Virus record (IMG/VR): IMGVR_UViG_3300047388_000163
Coordinates: 3,132 to 67,131 of that record
Length of the DNA stretch: 64,000 nt
From: a virus
Strand: one strand, 5' to 3'
The translations under genes and the position numbers were made by a program. Below are positions 47,836 through 57,580 of the stretch, piece after piece (the first letter of the stretch is position 1; the number at the start of each line of letters is the position of its first letter). Under the pieces are notes generated by a model, which saw nothing but the letters and a program-made list of their open reading frames with translations, made no database searches and was not told where the DNA came from.

Positions 47836-48305
47836 GTGATATATTCCCAACCAAATCCTCGGTGAGTTGATTGCTTACCGTTGCAAACATCCCAAATACA
47901 TTTTCTATGGGCACCCGCAGTATTTTCTGCAGCCTCAAGCAGGCTAGGAAATATTTTCCCATCGGATCGACGGACTGGGCGTGTAGATTTTCTATTCAAA
48001 CTTTGCTGGTGCCGAGTCGCCCAACGGCAGTTTCCCGGCTCATAGTTTCCATCCTTATTCGGATGTCGGTCTATCGAATAATCAAGACTTGGCCTTTCCC
48101 CCATATCCGCAAGAAAGTTTTCAAACGAATTCCATCGATCACAGACCTTGATGCCAATAGCACCATACCGCGCATAAAAAGTAAAATTTGGGTTATTGCA
48201 ACGAGTACGCATTGTGCACCAAGATACGTATGTTATCGAACCGCTGTAACCATGTGTTCTCGTTCTTTCTCCGATTGTTTCTCGACTTGGACGAATTTTA
48301 GTCAT
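47832..48305 (-). CDS. HNH homing endonuclease with NUMOD1-like tail
   Basis: SWCTMRTRC, YGAIGIKVCDRW.SFENFLADMG, SIDR...GNYEPGNCRWAT; FPSLLEAA...GFGWEY. Confidence 0.85.
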   Translation of the reverse strand: MTKIRPSRETIGERTRTHGYSGSITYVSWCTMRTRCNNPNFTFYARYGAIGIKVCDRWNSFENFLADMGERPSLDYSIDRHPNKDGNYEPGNCRWATRHQQSLNRKSTRPVRRSDGKIFPSLLEAAENTAGAHRKCIWDVCNGKQSTHRGFGWEYIT

Positions 48306-48318
48306 ACCGGCTCAATCT

Positions 48319-48744
48319 TCATTTCAGGACTAAGATTGTTAAGCCACTTCGCTTGCCGAGCGTGACATTCTGTAAGGATGACATGTCTGGGAATTCGACG
48401 GCTTCGCAACGTTCAATGAACGCCTCGTGCTCATCTTCATCCTCTGGAAGGCCTCCACGTGGAATGTAACGATCTGGCCTGCCGGAGGCCTCCCACACCT
48501 TCCCATCGAAGAACCAATAGGAGCAATCTGTAATGCTGCTATCATTCCATGGCCAAGGCCAACCCTGTGCTGGCAATGTTGCATCGTCTCGTAATGCGAG
48601 AAATTTACTGACAGCAGTGCGATATTCCTGTTCTGTTTTTGCAGCCTCTATTTCTTCGGAAATCTCGTATCCATCCCATGCGATGGATCCAAGCCATTCA
48701 GCGCTCTTGTTCTTGCCGATATAAAAATCTGCACGCGTTCCCAT
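48319..48744 (-). CDS. hypothetical protein
   Basis: MGTRADFYIG...WLGSIAWDGY; GGAG RBS. Confidence 0.65.
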   Translation of the reverse strand: MGTRADFYIGKNKSAEWLGSIAWDGYEISEEIEAAKTEQEYRTAVSKFLALRDDATLPAQGWPWPWNDSSITDCSYWFFDGKVWEASGRPDRYIPRGGLPEDEDEHEAFIERCEAVEFPDMSSLQNVTLGKRSGLTILVLK

Positions 48745-48787
48745 TATTTATCTCCGTTTGTTTTGATTATGTCTCAATCTTCATGGC

Positions 48788-49369
48788 TCAGCACGAACAG
48801 GAGAAGATGCCAGGATTGTGCTCTTTTCCAGATTCGCCTTTCCATGTATTTGGCTTCTTGCCGGTGATATTCTGGAAATGAATCCAGAACTCATCCGGTG
48901 TTCTTTGGCCTTCCCATTTGCCGCCTTCGCACAGATATTCGCCCCAAGTGCTCTTTGAACCTTCGCAATGGGTTGAGGCCACATGCATCATTTCGTGGTA
49001 GTCTGCGCCGACATCAGAGGCAAAATCACGAAGCCACTTTTCAGAAGATGATCCGACGCCAAGGCCTTCCTTGGAAACTGCAGGATGTGACCAGACGTGG
49101 CGCAATCCGGTGATCGTGTTTGGGTAAAGCAGCATGAAGAAGCGCTGGCCTACCGTGACATCCTCCGTAAGGAATGGATCAACGATGCCGATCAGCTTGT
49201 AGGGCTCAGGAGGCGATGCAGTGACCCGCCAACCGCCTTCCTCAAAGCCAATATGCTGGCCCGGCTTCAATGTTTCGCCTGCGGTAACTGGCATCGTGGC
49301 CACATGGATGGCATCTGGCTCGCCAGAGCCATCAATCAACTTGCCAATCAAGAATTGCGAATCAGACAT
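48788..49369 (-). CDS. hypothetical phage protein
   Basis: DAIHVA, GIVDPFL, LYPNTITGLRHVWSHP, terminal FSCSC. Confidence 0.7.
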   Translation of the reverse strand: MSDSQFLIGKLIDGSGEPDAIHVATMPVTAGETLKPGQHIGFEEGGWRVTASPPEPYKLIGIVDPFLTEDVTVGQRFFMLLYPNTITGLRHVWSHPAVSKEGLGVGSSSEKWLRDFASDVGADYHEMMHVASTHCEGSKSTWGEYLCEGGKWEGQRTPDEFWIHFQNITGKKPNTWKGESGKEHNPGIFSCSC

Positions 49370-49381
49370 GTGTTTCTCCTG

Positions 49382-50251
49382 TTATGGTTCAAGTTCCGTC
49401 TCGCGTGTCTTCCGGGCCGATAGCAATGCATCGCGATCCAACGGCATGAGATCCGACCAGAATGCATCAAATGATTCGAACAGCGCATCCATTTCATCGT
49501 CGGCATCGGTTTCGGCGATTTTGCCTAGAGCCCATGTCATCCATTCAGCACAGTTATCGATGCTCGGAATTGGATCTTTTGTCCGATAGATCCGATTTTC
49601 AATAGGGTTGCCGGTGCTGATCGGGTCTTCCTTTTTCGGCTCACTGGGCTTGTGCTCAATGGCTTCCGTTGGGCTTGGAACGCGCTGGCGCGGCGGTGTG
49701 ATATCGGTTGCCTCGGCGATGATGCGGCCCTCATCTTCGTCATAGATCCCAGCAAATCCGAAGGCATATCGCGCCGCTTGGATCATGGACTTGTGGCGCA
49801 GCATCCGGTGTTTCATCTTCCATGGCTCGGTGGCCCGTTTGCATTCCTCGTAATATTCCGTGACACATACTGGATGCGATCGATCTTTCCGGTACATGGT
49901 ACAAGTGCACGAGATCAACTCGCCGTCTGGCGCATGCTCCATCTCAAATTCAAAACCATCGCATTGCGGGTTTGAATTGACGAGATTGACCCAGCCATCG
50001 ATAGACACGATGGGGACGATACCGCCGCCTTTGGCGGGAAACGCATAGATTTCCTTCGTCAGCGGGTTGAGATCGTATTCCTTGGCGACGATCAGGAAGG
50101 CTGCGAATTGTTCTGCTGTAGCCGTTGCTAGCCCGCAGGTAGCCCGAACGGTCTTGCTGAACTCATCAGCCTTGAGCGAATACTTATCCGCCATATAGTC
50201 CAGCAGCATGAGCTTCTGGCTCGGCTCTTTCCGTATGGAAACTTGGTTCAT
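49382..50251 (-). CDS. bet: single-strand annealing recombinase (lambda Bet/RecT)
   Basis: YDLNPLTKEIYAFP, GIVPIVSIDGW, YRKDRSHP, EYYEEC, RMLRHK..IQAARYAFGF.GIYDEDE. Confidence 0.9.
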   Translation of the reverse strand: MNQVSIRKEPSQKLMLLDYMADKYSLKADEFSKTVRATCGLATATAEQFAAFLIVAKEYDLNPLTKEIYAFPAKGGGIVPIVSIDGWVNLVNSNPQCDGFEFEMEHAPDGELISCTCTMYRKDRSHPVCVTEYYEECKRATEPWKMKHRMLRHKSMIQAARYAFGFAGIYDEDEGRIIAEATDITPPRQRVPSPTEAIEHKPSEPKKEDPISTGNPIENRIYRTKDPIPSIDNCAEWMTWALGKIAETDADDEMDALFESFDAFWSDLMPLDRDALLSARKTRETELEP

Positions 50252-51309
50252 CAGATTAAGCCTTCCCTTTTGGTAACACCTGGCACATTCTCTCCAGCTC
50301 GGACAGCATCGGTGCACAACTTCTCAAGCCGGGACATAAGATCGGGGTCGGATTGAAAGCGTCGAAACGCCGCAACCGGATCGTTGATGATGGCGAACTT
50401 TTTAACCTGTTCCTTGACAGTGCGTGTCCCATAGGTCGGGACAATCGGCGCCGCCGCTACCGGCATAGCCACTTCCTCAACCTCAGGCATTGGCTCCGGT
50501 TCGCCCCGCGTAATCGCCCGATCGGCTGCACGAACATTGGCCTCGTCAATCTCGCGATGCTTGCGTTCGGCTTCTGCCTGTTCTGCGGCGATCCGTTTGC
50601 GTTCTGATTCGCGGAACGACAGTATCGCCGTGTTGAGCTCCTTTTCCTTCGCCGTGGCGCGGGCAATGATCGGTGACCATTTCTTCTGTTCAGCCGTATA
50701 TTTGCGGAACATTGGCTCATAAAGGCTCTTGCCAACTTTGTCGGCGGCCAAGCGGAGTTCAGCAATCCGGTTCTTGCTGCCGAGCGCTACAGCAGCGTCT
50801 GCATCGCTCTTGACGGCAACAGGAGCGGCACCGATCGCAGCATCAATCGCGGTAGCATGCGCCTTGTCCGGTTCAATTTCCTCAGGCGCATTGTCGGACT
50901 TGGCGACATCGCGATTCGCAGCGGGGATTACAGCAACTTCATCCGCCGCATCGCTCCAATTCATGCCTTCTTCGGCAACCTGCCTATACTCGCTTTCGCT
51001 GATCGGATGGCCAGCAACGTAGCTCCACAATTCGTTCAGTTCATCGCCCGTTGCATCATAGATCGTGTTACCTGACGCAATATGCATTTTGCTGGTGACA
51101 CGCGCGGTCATCACGCCGTCTTGCATGTAAATGGCCACGGCAGACCAGCCAATGCGCTTGTTGTTGCCCTTGTCGTTGCGCTCTTTGATGGGCTTTCGAT
51201 AAAAACCCAACTGCGGATCATCAACGAACATTTTTGGCTTCTCGCCAGCCAATGAACGCTTCCAGAAATCATAGCTCGGCTCAGAGGGCTTTTCGGCGGT
51301 TTTGGTCAT
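50251..51309 (-). CDS. recombination-module protein (Gp157/Gam-like C-terminus)
   Basis: Coiled coil and terminal AGENVPGV; upstream of bet. Confidence 0.5.
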   Translation of the reverse strand: MTKTAEKPSEPSYDFWKRSLAGEKPKMFVDDPQLGFYRKPIKERNDKGNNKRIGWSAVAIYMQDGVMTARVTSKMHIASGNTIYDATGDELNELWSYVAGHPISESEYRQVAEEGMNWSDAADEVAVIPAANRDVAKSDNAPEEIEPDKAHATAIDAAIGAAPVAVKSDADAAVALGSKNRIAELRLAADKVGKSLYEPMFRKYTAEQKKWSPIIARATAKEKELNTAILSFRESERKRIAAEQAEAERKHREIDEANVRAADRAITRGEPEPMPEVEEVAMPVAAAPIVPTYGTRTVKEQVKKFAIINDPVAAFRRFQSDPDLMSRLEKLCTDAVRAGENVPGVTKREGLI

Positions 51310-51485
51310 CAGATGAATCCTTTGTCTTGGGCAAGCCATTCTGGCATTGTGAAGGTGCCATCGGAGTTTTTCTCCACCATGGATTTTGGCACCCATTCAG
51401 TCGTTTTGCCGTCGTAAATGCGGAATGCTTTATCGGTCTCACCGCGCAATTCGCCTGCGATATCGATTAATTCTCGCTTGCTCAT
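51309..51485 (-). CDS. small conserved phage protein (not in ORF track)
   Basis: MSKRELIDIAGELRGETDKAFRIYDG...WVPKS...TMPEWLAQDKGFI. Confidence 0.65.
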   Translation of the reverse strand: MSKRELIDIAGELRGETDKAFRIYDGKTTEWVPKSMVEKNSDGTFTMPEWLAQDKGFI

Positions 51486-51667
51486 GCGTCATCCTCTCTC
51501 ACTTCACCGTCGCGCTCACAGATGCGGAATCCTTCGCGCAATTCCTCAACCGCATTGCCGAGATATTTCCCAGTAACACCATGACCATTGGCATAGGCTT
51601 GGCCATCGTAATGGCTGATAACCACAGCAGAACCTGCCGGAATATGCTCGCCAGCGACATACAGCAT
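51482..51667 (-). CDS. hypothetical protein
   Basis: Coupled ORF. Confidence 0.5.
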   Translation of the reverse strand: MLYVAGEHIPAGSAVVISHYDGQAYANGHGVTGKYLGNAVEELREGFRICERDGEVREDDA

Positions 51668-51930
51668 CAGACATGCTCCAACGCTTCCCGGTAAACCGCC
51701 AGCGCCTTGGTGAGGCCATCGGCTTCCGTCTGATCAGCATTGAAAGCCGTGGCGAGATAGGTCTTTGACCCGAGGCCGCTCAATGCAATGGATGCTGCCT
51801 TTGTTCGGATGCAGTCGCCTCGGATGCGATGCACTGACGCCAAGAATTCCTGTTCGTGCTTTACGATATCGCGCGGTTCATCGTAGAGCGCTTGGGCGAT
51901 AATGATTGCGGGGTGCGTGGTGGTGGTCAT
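51667..51930 (-). CDS. hypothetical protein
   Basis: GGAG RBS; coupled ORF. Confidence 0.55.
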   Translation of the reverse strand: MTTTTHPAIIIAQALYDEPRDIVKHEQEFLASVHRIRGDCIRTKAASIALSGLGSKTYLATAFNADQTEADGLTKALAVYREALEHV

Positions 51931-52181
51931 GCTGATTTCTCCAGCGTATGGAACACGCGTGTTTCTGGAATATCGGCAATCTCGCGGGTGCGCGACTTAG
52001 CCGAATATTTGCTATCGAACTTGGTGGCCGCGTTCGGATCGCCGATCCACGCAACAATTGTGTGGCCCTCGCTATCCACGCCGAACGTTGCAAATCGGTT
52101 GGCATTCGGTGCCCATTGAATGACGACCTGAGGATGCGATGGAAGCTTGGGCTTGCGGTGTTTTCCGCCGATGGTGGTCAT
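51927..52181 (-). CDS. hypothetical protein
   Basis: GGGGAG RBS. Confidence 0.55.
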   Translation of the reverse strand: MTTIGGKHRKPKLPSHPQVVIQWAPNANRFATFGVDSEGHTIVAWIGDPNAATKFDSKYSAKSRTREIADIPETRVFHTLEKSA

Positions 52182-52260
52182 TTCGTTCTCCCCTAGTATG
52201 AGCCCCAATGGCTCCGTGGGACCTATCAACCACGGATCAGGGATCAAGTCAACTGGTGGT

Positions 52261-53022
52261 TTACGAATTAATCGGGAATTGTCTGACCATCAGATCGGGC
52301 GGAATCTGCTTTTTGCCGGCAGTTTGCTTGAAAAAGAAGGGAATACCAAGCCGCGCGCACTGATCTCGCAGGTCTCTAGCCCATTGCAAGGGCATATCGC
52401 GATAACCGTGACCGCTCTCCCCGCCGCAGATAATCCATGACGGATAAAGCCCAGTAACCTTGAGGGGACCAATTGCCGGTTCGTAGCTGATGAAATGCAC
52501 GACAGCCGGAACCCGTTGCAGATGCTTCATGCGACGATCGTAGTTCGGTTGATCCTCTGCTGTTGTTCCCATCCAAATATTGCGAGGTAAACCGCTATCC
52601 CATTTTGGCGGGATCATCTCAAGAATATTTTCAGGTCGCTTAGTTAACAGAAGCCAATCGAGTTCTGGGGTATCCTCAATGAGGCCCCATAGATCCGATC
52701 GTGCACCTTCAGGCGCTTGATTATCAAATACATCTGCCAAAGATGCACAAAATACGCGAGGTCGTGAAGGTCGCATTGTCAGCATTCCAATATCGAAATC
52801 CTCCAACGCTTCCCGAGCCTTCTTCGCCCATCGGAGCGGAAGTTTCCAATTAGCCACCGATGTTCGGATACGCTGACCGTGAGGCCCCCATTGGACGCGA
52901 TGATATCGCGTGTCCATTAAAGTTTCCGCATAGCAGTTATCGCAGCCAGCGCTAACTTTCTGGCAGCCGATCCAGGGATTGAAAGTCGAATCTGTCCAGC
53001 TTATTTCTGTTTTTTCGGCCAT
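52261..53022 (-). CDS. DUF5131 (phage Gp37/Gp68) family protein
   Basis: TEISWTDSTFNPWIGCQKVSAGCDNCYAE, RVFCASLAD, LLTKRP, ISYEP, ICGGESG, FFFKQ. Confidence 0.9.
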   Translation of the reverse strand: MAEKTEISWTDSTFNPWIGCQKVSAGCDNCYAETLMDTRYHRVQWGPHGQRIRTSVANWKLPLRWAKKAREALEDFDIGMLTMRPSRPRVFCASLADVFDNQAPEGARSDLWGLIEDTPELDWLLLTKRPENILEMIPPKWDSGLPRNIWMGTTAEDQPNYDRRMKHLQRVPAVVHFISYEPAIGPLKVTGLYPSWIICGGESGHGYRDMPLQWARDLRDQCARLGIPFFFKQTAGKKQIPPDLMVRQFPINS

Positions 53023-53426
53023 GGATTTTTCCTTTGCGGTATCTTGGCTTTGCGCTTTGGCTTGCGGGCCAACGCCTGCTTTCGTTCTTTGCGATCACAT
53101 GTCAGATCAGCATGCCTAGCGTATTCCTCGAAATACATTAGCGACAGGATGAATGGATCAATACCGTGGGCGTGCCACCATCCCAGTTCATCTCCGTAAT
53201 CGTGCTGGGCCATATGGTGATCATGTCGGAGCGGCAATGCCCAACAGTCGCTCGGCTTTTCAGCCATTCCTGTGTAAGATTTGCCATGCACGACTGAGCC
53301 AGAACGGATATGGGCGGCATCCGAGGGTGCCGGAGATCCGCATCCACAGCAACATGGCTGCCGACGAAGCCAAGCCAGGTAACTTGGACATCGCACGCGC
53401 GGCTGCCTTTGGCGAAGCTCGGTCAT
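53001..53426 (-). CDS. DUF968-like HNH-fold protein
   Basis: YLAWLRRQPC..CG, DAAHIR, GMAEKPSDCWALPL..HH..QH. Confidence 0.7.
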   Translation of the reverse strand: MTELRQRQPRVRCPSYLAWLRRQPCCCGCGSPAPSDAAHIRSGSVVHGKSYTGMAEKPSDCWALPLRHDHHMAQHDYGDELGWWHAHGIDPFILSLMYFEEYARHADLTCDRKERKQALARKPKRKAKIPQRKNPWPKKQK

Positions 53427-53436
53427 CTCGGCTCCT

Positions 53437-53893
53437 CTAGAATGGGATCTGATCGATATATTTCTCGGCAACGGCCATTGCTGATCCCATTTGCGAGATC
53501 GCCTCGCGCAATTGGTCGGATATCTTCCCGTGAGTTGCCAATCTCACCTTGCCAGCCGCCTTGTATAGATCGGAGAGCGGCCCTTCCGCTTCTATCGCTT
53601 CCTTCTGTAGCTTCTGGCGCCATTCTGTTTCGCGAGCGAGTGCCGTATCACGATACTGCAAACTCTGCTTAGCCGTTGCCAGATCCTTGGTGGCTTGCTC
53701 TAGCGCCAACTTGAATGGTCGCGTCGCCGCCGGAGACCTGAGAAAGATTGCTCTCTTTCTCAATCCAGCCACCGAGATCTCCAGCGGCCACGCCGATTGC
53801 AGCAATTGCAACCAACGCGCGGATGCGATGCAATTTGATGCCGAATTCGATCTTGGTTTCTGCGGTTAGTTCGTATTTCTTGGTTTCGGCCAT
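53437..53893 (-). pseudogene. chimera of a truncated KKYELT...GDLGGWIEKESNL gene and a headless coiled-coil gene
   Basis: First ORF loses its expected repeat tail after SQVSG; second frame (ending DQIPF) has no start or RBS. Confidence 0.55.
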
Positions 53894-54112
53894 TCTGATC
53901 TCCTGCTGTGGTGAGCCACTTTGGGCTGGTTAACGTTTGATTAGTCGTCCGTCAGCATCGGTGATTCGCCAACTATCAATCGTTCGAACCAGTTCTTGAA
54001 TGCGATCGTCCGTAAGATCGTCAATCCAAGTATTGCGAATGATCTCGATGAGAGGCCAGAGGCGATCACCTTCTTGGATTGTGTATTGATCCCGATTCAT
54101 TGGGCACTCCCG

Positions 54113-54448
54113 TCAAATGCTGTAAAGTGGGGTTCTGAGAACAAGGCGGAAATGCGAGGCATTGAAGCCATGACGATCAATGCACTTTGGCCCCTTGTGC
54201 GCGATAATACCGCGCTCGCGAAGAGTGGCGGCATCATAGCGCCATTTCTTGCCGTAGTAGTTCATGCTGGTTGCAGCTTTGGCCAAGCAATCGGAACCGA
54301 ACACGCCACCGAAACCAGCGAGTTTCACGCCAATCTTGAGCGGGCGGCCACAGTGCGAGCATTCACATTCCTGCTCGCAACCGATGATTTCCACTGGTTC
54401 TGCGGCGAAGAATGCGATCTGTTTCGATTCGGTCTTGGCCATTTGCAT
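54113..54448 (-). CDS. Zn-binding hypothetical protein
   Basis: CECSHCGRPLK...FGSDC; GGGAG RBS. Confidence 0.6.
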   Translation of the reverse strand: MQMAKTESKQIAFFAAEPVEIIGCEQECECSHCGRPLKIGVKLAGFGGVFGSDCLAKAATSMNYYGKKWRYDAATLRERGIIAHKGPKCIDRHGFNASHFRLVLRTPLYSI

Positions 54449-54454
54449 TGCTCC

Positions 54455-54526
54455 CTGATGATGACCCTTCTGTAAACCCCATGTATGCACTTGTCAACTG
54501 ATAGTTTGCGTGATAAAGACCGATTT
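54455..54526. promoter_or_regulatory. divergent promoter region (transcription switch point)
   Basis: Strand switch; TTGACA on - strand at 54497-54492. Confidence 0.55.
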
Positions 54527-54754
54527 ATGAGCAAACCATCCAAAAAACCCGATTACGTCATTCCCCGAACCAATGCTGAGGGCCTGGCTCTCGTCTGGAC
54601 CAAGATTCGCAAGGCCGAATTAGCCCGACAGCTTGGCGTTTCGCGAATGTCGCCATCAAAGTGGAAGAAATCTGTTCCGGTGGAAAGGGTTAATGATGTA
54701 GCTCGGATCATCGAAATTCCACGAGAGCATATTCTTCCAGAAATTTTCGGGTAA
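54527..54754 (+). CDS. Cro/YdaS-like HTH regulator
   Basis: AELARQLGVSRMSPSKW..VPVERV...IPREHILPEIF. Confidence 0.8.
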   Translation: MSKPSKKPDYVIPRTNAEGLALVWTKIRKAELARQLGVSRMSPSKWKKSVPVERVNDVARIIEIPREHILPEIFG

Positions 54755-54781
54755 CCCACCGAATCACCAACCTGAGGAGCC

Positions 54782-55624
54782 ATGATGGCCAGACCAAAGA
54801 TGACGGACGATCAGAAGGCGGCAGCGAAGGCCGCGCGTGAGGCAGCGAAGGCCAATGCACCAGCAGCGGCGGATCGGGCTGAGGCAAGGGCGGCATCGAA
54901 AAAGCCGCCCACGGACGCTCCCAAGGCCACTGTGGCACCTCGTGGCGTCAATCCTGAGTTCGACCGTGAGGAGAAGGCGCTTTTTCTCCAGCATTTGCCC
55001 GAGATTGAAAGATTGCGTGGGCTGTTGGGCACTGCCAACTCAAATTTGCGCAATGCCTATAAGAAAGCCAAGGCCGAAGGCGCATTCACGAAGGCAGACT
55101 TTGATGTCGCGATAGCGGTAAAGACTGCGGAAAACGAGGCCAAGGAACGGGCCAAGATTGCGCGGGCGCTCAAGATCGCCAAGATGTGCGGTTCTTCGCT
55201 GGGAAACCAGTTGGATATGTTCCTGGAACCTGACCGGACGCCGCTATCCGATCGCGCATTTGAGGAAGGCGAATCGGACGCGATGCAGAACATTCCGGCG
55301 CGACCGCAGTATGATCCCTCCACCGAAGCTTATCGCCGGTATTTGGACGGTTTCCATTCCGTTTCCGAGCGCCGGATCAAGGAAGGCATGGGCACCCTGC
55401 ATCCTGAGGTCGAAGCTGATGAAATCGAGAAGGTTAAGCATCAGGCCGAGATGGATGCGCTAAAGGCACGCGATGCCAAGGCATTTGAGGGATACGACCA
55501 AGAGGCTGCAAATGGTGGCGCCATCCAGGAAGTTGCCGCAACTCCCTCCTCTGGCGTACCGATGACGCGAGCCCAGTTTAAGGCCCAGCAGGAAGCGGCG
55601 AAGGCTGCGAATACGAAACATTGA
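54782..55624 (+). CDS. GapR/DUF2312-like protein with RMF-like C-terminal motif
   Basis: EIERL....LRNAYKKAKAEG.F; RAFEEG......RPQY......YLDGF. Confidence 0.55.
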   Translation: MMARPKMTDDQKAAAKAAREAAKANAPAAADRAEARAASKKPPTDAPKATVAPRGVNPEFDREEKALFLQHLPEIERLRGLLGTANSNLRNAYKKAKAEGAFTKADFDVAIAVKTAENEAKERAKIARALKIAKMCGSSLGNQLDMFLEPDRTPLSDRAFEEGESDAMQNIPARPQYDPSTEAYRRYLDGFHSVSERRIKEGMGTLHPEVEADEIEKVKHQAEMDALKARDAKAFEGYDQEAANGGAIQEVAATPSSGVPMTRAQFKAQQEAAKAANTKH

Positions 55625-55929
55625 AAGGAATAATGCTCCAAGGCACCTCGAATAGTGAGCAAGTCCGATGGCAACAGAATGCCTTGTGTCCTGTCGGAAC
55701 CATAGCCTCCGTGGATATGCCGCGGTGAACGCCGACCAACTAGGTTGGAGGAGTAACAGACGGATTATGTCGGAGGCGGTTGAAAGGCCGCACTGAAATC
55801 CGCCGATAGCGTGACAGCTCGGAGAGACGGCATTTGATATGAATTGCGCAAGGGTTCTCCTGCCCCCAATGCGCGGTAGGGAATGGCCTCGGTGGTTTCC
55901 CCAGCACCGGGGCAATTTGCTGAGAGGAT
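55625..55929 (+). ncRNA. candidate structured non-coding RNA
   Basis: About 300 nt without a credible ORF, with at least five stems (see findings). Confidence 0.35.
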
Positions 55930-56451
55930 GTGATGGACGAATACCTTGCAGGCATCATGGAGCGCGCGCCAGTTGAGGCTGCTGCGCCTGAGCCATTCGT
56001 TTTCATCGTGCTGCCTGGCGATCCCCGAGGGAAGGGCAGGCCACGCACGCGGGTAATCAAGGATTTTGCGACGATCTACACCGACCCAGAAACCCGTAAA
56101 TACGAGAATTCCCTCAAAGCCGCCGGCATCAAGGCCATGGTAGGGAAAAAGCCTCTAGATGAGGCTGTGTCAGTGGTAATCCATGCTCATATGCCGGTGC
56201 CAGCGAGCTGGAGCGCCAAAAAATGGACGGCAGCAATAGCTGGCGACATCATGCCGATAACTGGGATTGATTTGGACAATATTTGCAAGATGATCGATGG
56301 CCTAAATTACCATCCGCCGCGCTTCAAAGGCGATCGTGAAAAGCGGCCAATCATTTGGCAGAACGATGCCCAGATCGTCAGCATGCAGGCCATGAAGCTT
56401 TACTCGGCCAATCCGAAGCTGGAAATCACTGTTTGGAAATGGGAGGGATGA
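55930..56451 (+). CDS. rusA: RusA-family Holliday junction resolvase
   Basis: GDPRGKGRPR, YTDPETRKYE, DLDNICK.IDGLN, WQNDAQIV. Confidence 0.85.
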   Translation: MMDEYLAGIMERAPVEAAAPEPFVFIVLPGDPRGKGRPRTRVIKDFATIYTDPETRKYENSLKAAGIKAMVGKKPLDEAVSVVIHAHMPVPASWSAKKWTAAIAGDIMPITGIDLDNICKMIDGLNYHPPRFKGDREKRPIIWQNDAQIVSMQAMKLYSANPKLEITVWKWEG

Positions 56452-57513
56452 ATGTCCGTTCTGCATAGCTCTAACATCATCAATCCTTTTCAAGACGCAA
56501 ATCCTTTCCGAAACGAAGCTTTGACGGTTTCTCCCATTGAATGGAAAACCGGAAAACTTTCATATGAGGATTTTCAAGCTTACGAGGCCATTCTGGAGAA
56601 ATATCCGCATGTCAAATCGATGGATAGGGACGCTCGGTATAAGTTATTCATCGATAAGAAAGACGAACTTATCCGAGAAATGGCCGATGTGAACCGGCAA
56701 GCCCATGCTAAAAAGCTGGAACTCAAGGATATTGAAACGAAAAAAGCGGTTATTGAAAAGCTGCTGGACTGGGGCGCGGATCTCAAAATTCAGCGACCCA
56801 ATGGCATCTCATTTCGCAAAATGCGTAAGGCTTTCGCCGAAGATCGCACAATCTATCTGGACAAAAGCCTGCACGGAGTGATGCCAAAGCTTGATTTCGA
56901 GAAGGAAATCTTCCGTTTCGCCGAAGTTCTGTTGATTGAGCACGATTGGGCCGCAGCCTTCAAGAATGCGGATCTGGCCGATTCGGTTGTGAAATTGCCC
57001 TACGATGTTTGCGCTTTCGAGTTCCGGTTCTCGGATCGGCCTGTGATTGCTCTGGCGACGCAGTTCGGAACCGATATCGCTTTTACCGCTGTCGTCTTGA
57101 TTGATGAGTGGTGGGTGGTCACTGATTTTGCCGGGCGCATTGGAGCGGATTACGAAGACAACAATTCGAAGTATGAAGCTCTTGTACGTCTATTCCACGA
57201 AGTCAGCCGCCAGATCCGAGCCGCCTGTATCTCACTTGACGCAGAGGTTGCCAAGGCTGAGGTGGTCCGTGAGCCTCATTCCGGCCAGCACGGCAGAAAT
57301 GCCCACCAGATGCTGAAACCCTACCACGTGGTCTCTCTGGCCCGGCGCGGGCCTAGGCCGTTGGTATCGGTGGGGACTGAAACTGGCCGGCGCGTTCGGC
57401 TGCACTTCCGGCGCGGTCATTGGCGCCATTTCGAGGATCACAAAACTTGGATCAAATGGTGCCTTTGTGGAGATCCTGATCTTGGCTTCATCGATAAGCA
57501 TTACAAACTGTAG
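56452..57513 (+). CDS. hypothetical protein with HFRRGHWR C-terminal motif
   Basis: RLHFRRGHWRH...TWIKWCLCGDPDLGFIDKHY. Confidence 0.7.
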   Translation: MSVLHSSNIINPFQDANPFRNEALTVSPIEWKTGKLSYEDFQAYEAILEKYPHVKSMDRDARYKLFIDKKDELIREMADVNRQAHAKKLELKDIETKKAVIEKLLDWGADLKIQRPNGISFRKMRKAFAEDRTIYLDKSLHGVMPKLDFEKEIFRFAEVLLIEHDWAAAFKNADLADSVVKLPYDVCAFEFRFSDRPVIALATQFGTDIAFTAVVLIDEWWVVTDFAGRIGADYEDNNSKYEALVRLFHEVSRQIRAACISLDAEVAKAEVVREPHSGQHGRNAHQMLKPYHVVSLARRGPRPLVSVGTETGRRVRLHFRRGHWRHFEDHKTWIKWCLCGDPDLGFIDKHYKL

Positions 57514-57545
57514 AAACGAATCAGGTTTTTCTCTAGCGCTAGTTA

Positions 57546-57575
57546 TTGACTGCGGGCTGAGAATCGCCCTACAAA
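57546..57575 (+). promoter_or_regulatory. putative promoter
   Basis: TTGACT-N18-TACAAA. Confidence 0.4.
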
Positions 57576-57580
57576 AGCAA

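Noticed and set aside
55655-55685. RNase P-like words (AAGTCC, GCAACAGAA)
   Set aside because: The spacing is too short and the 3' P4 consensus is absent
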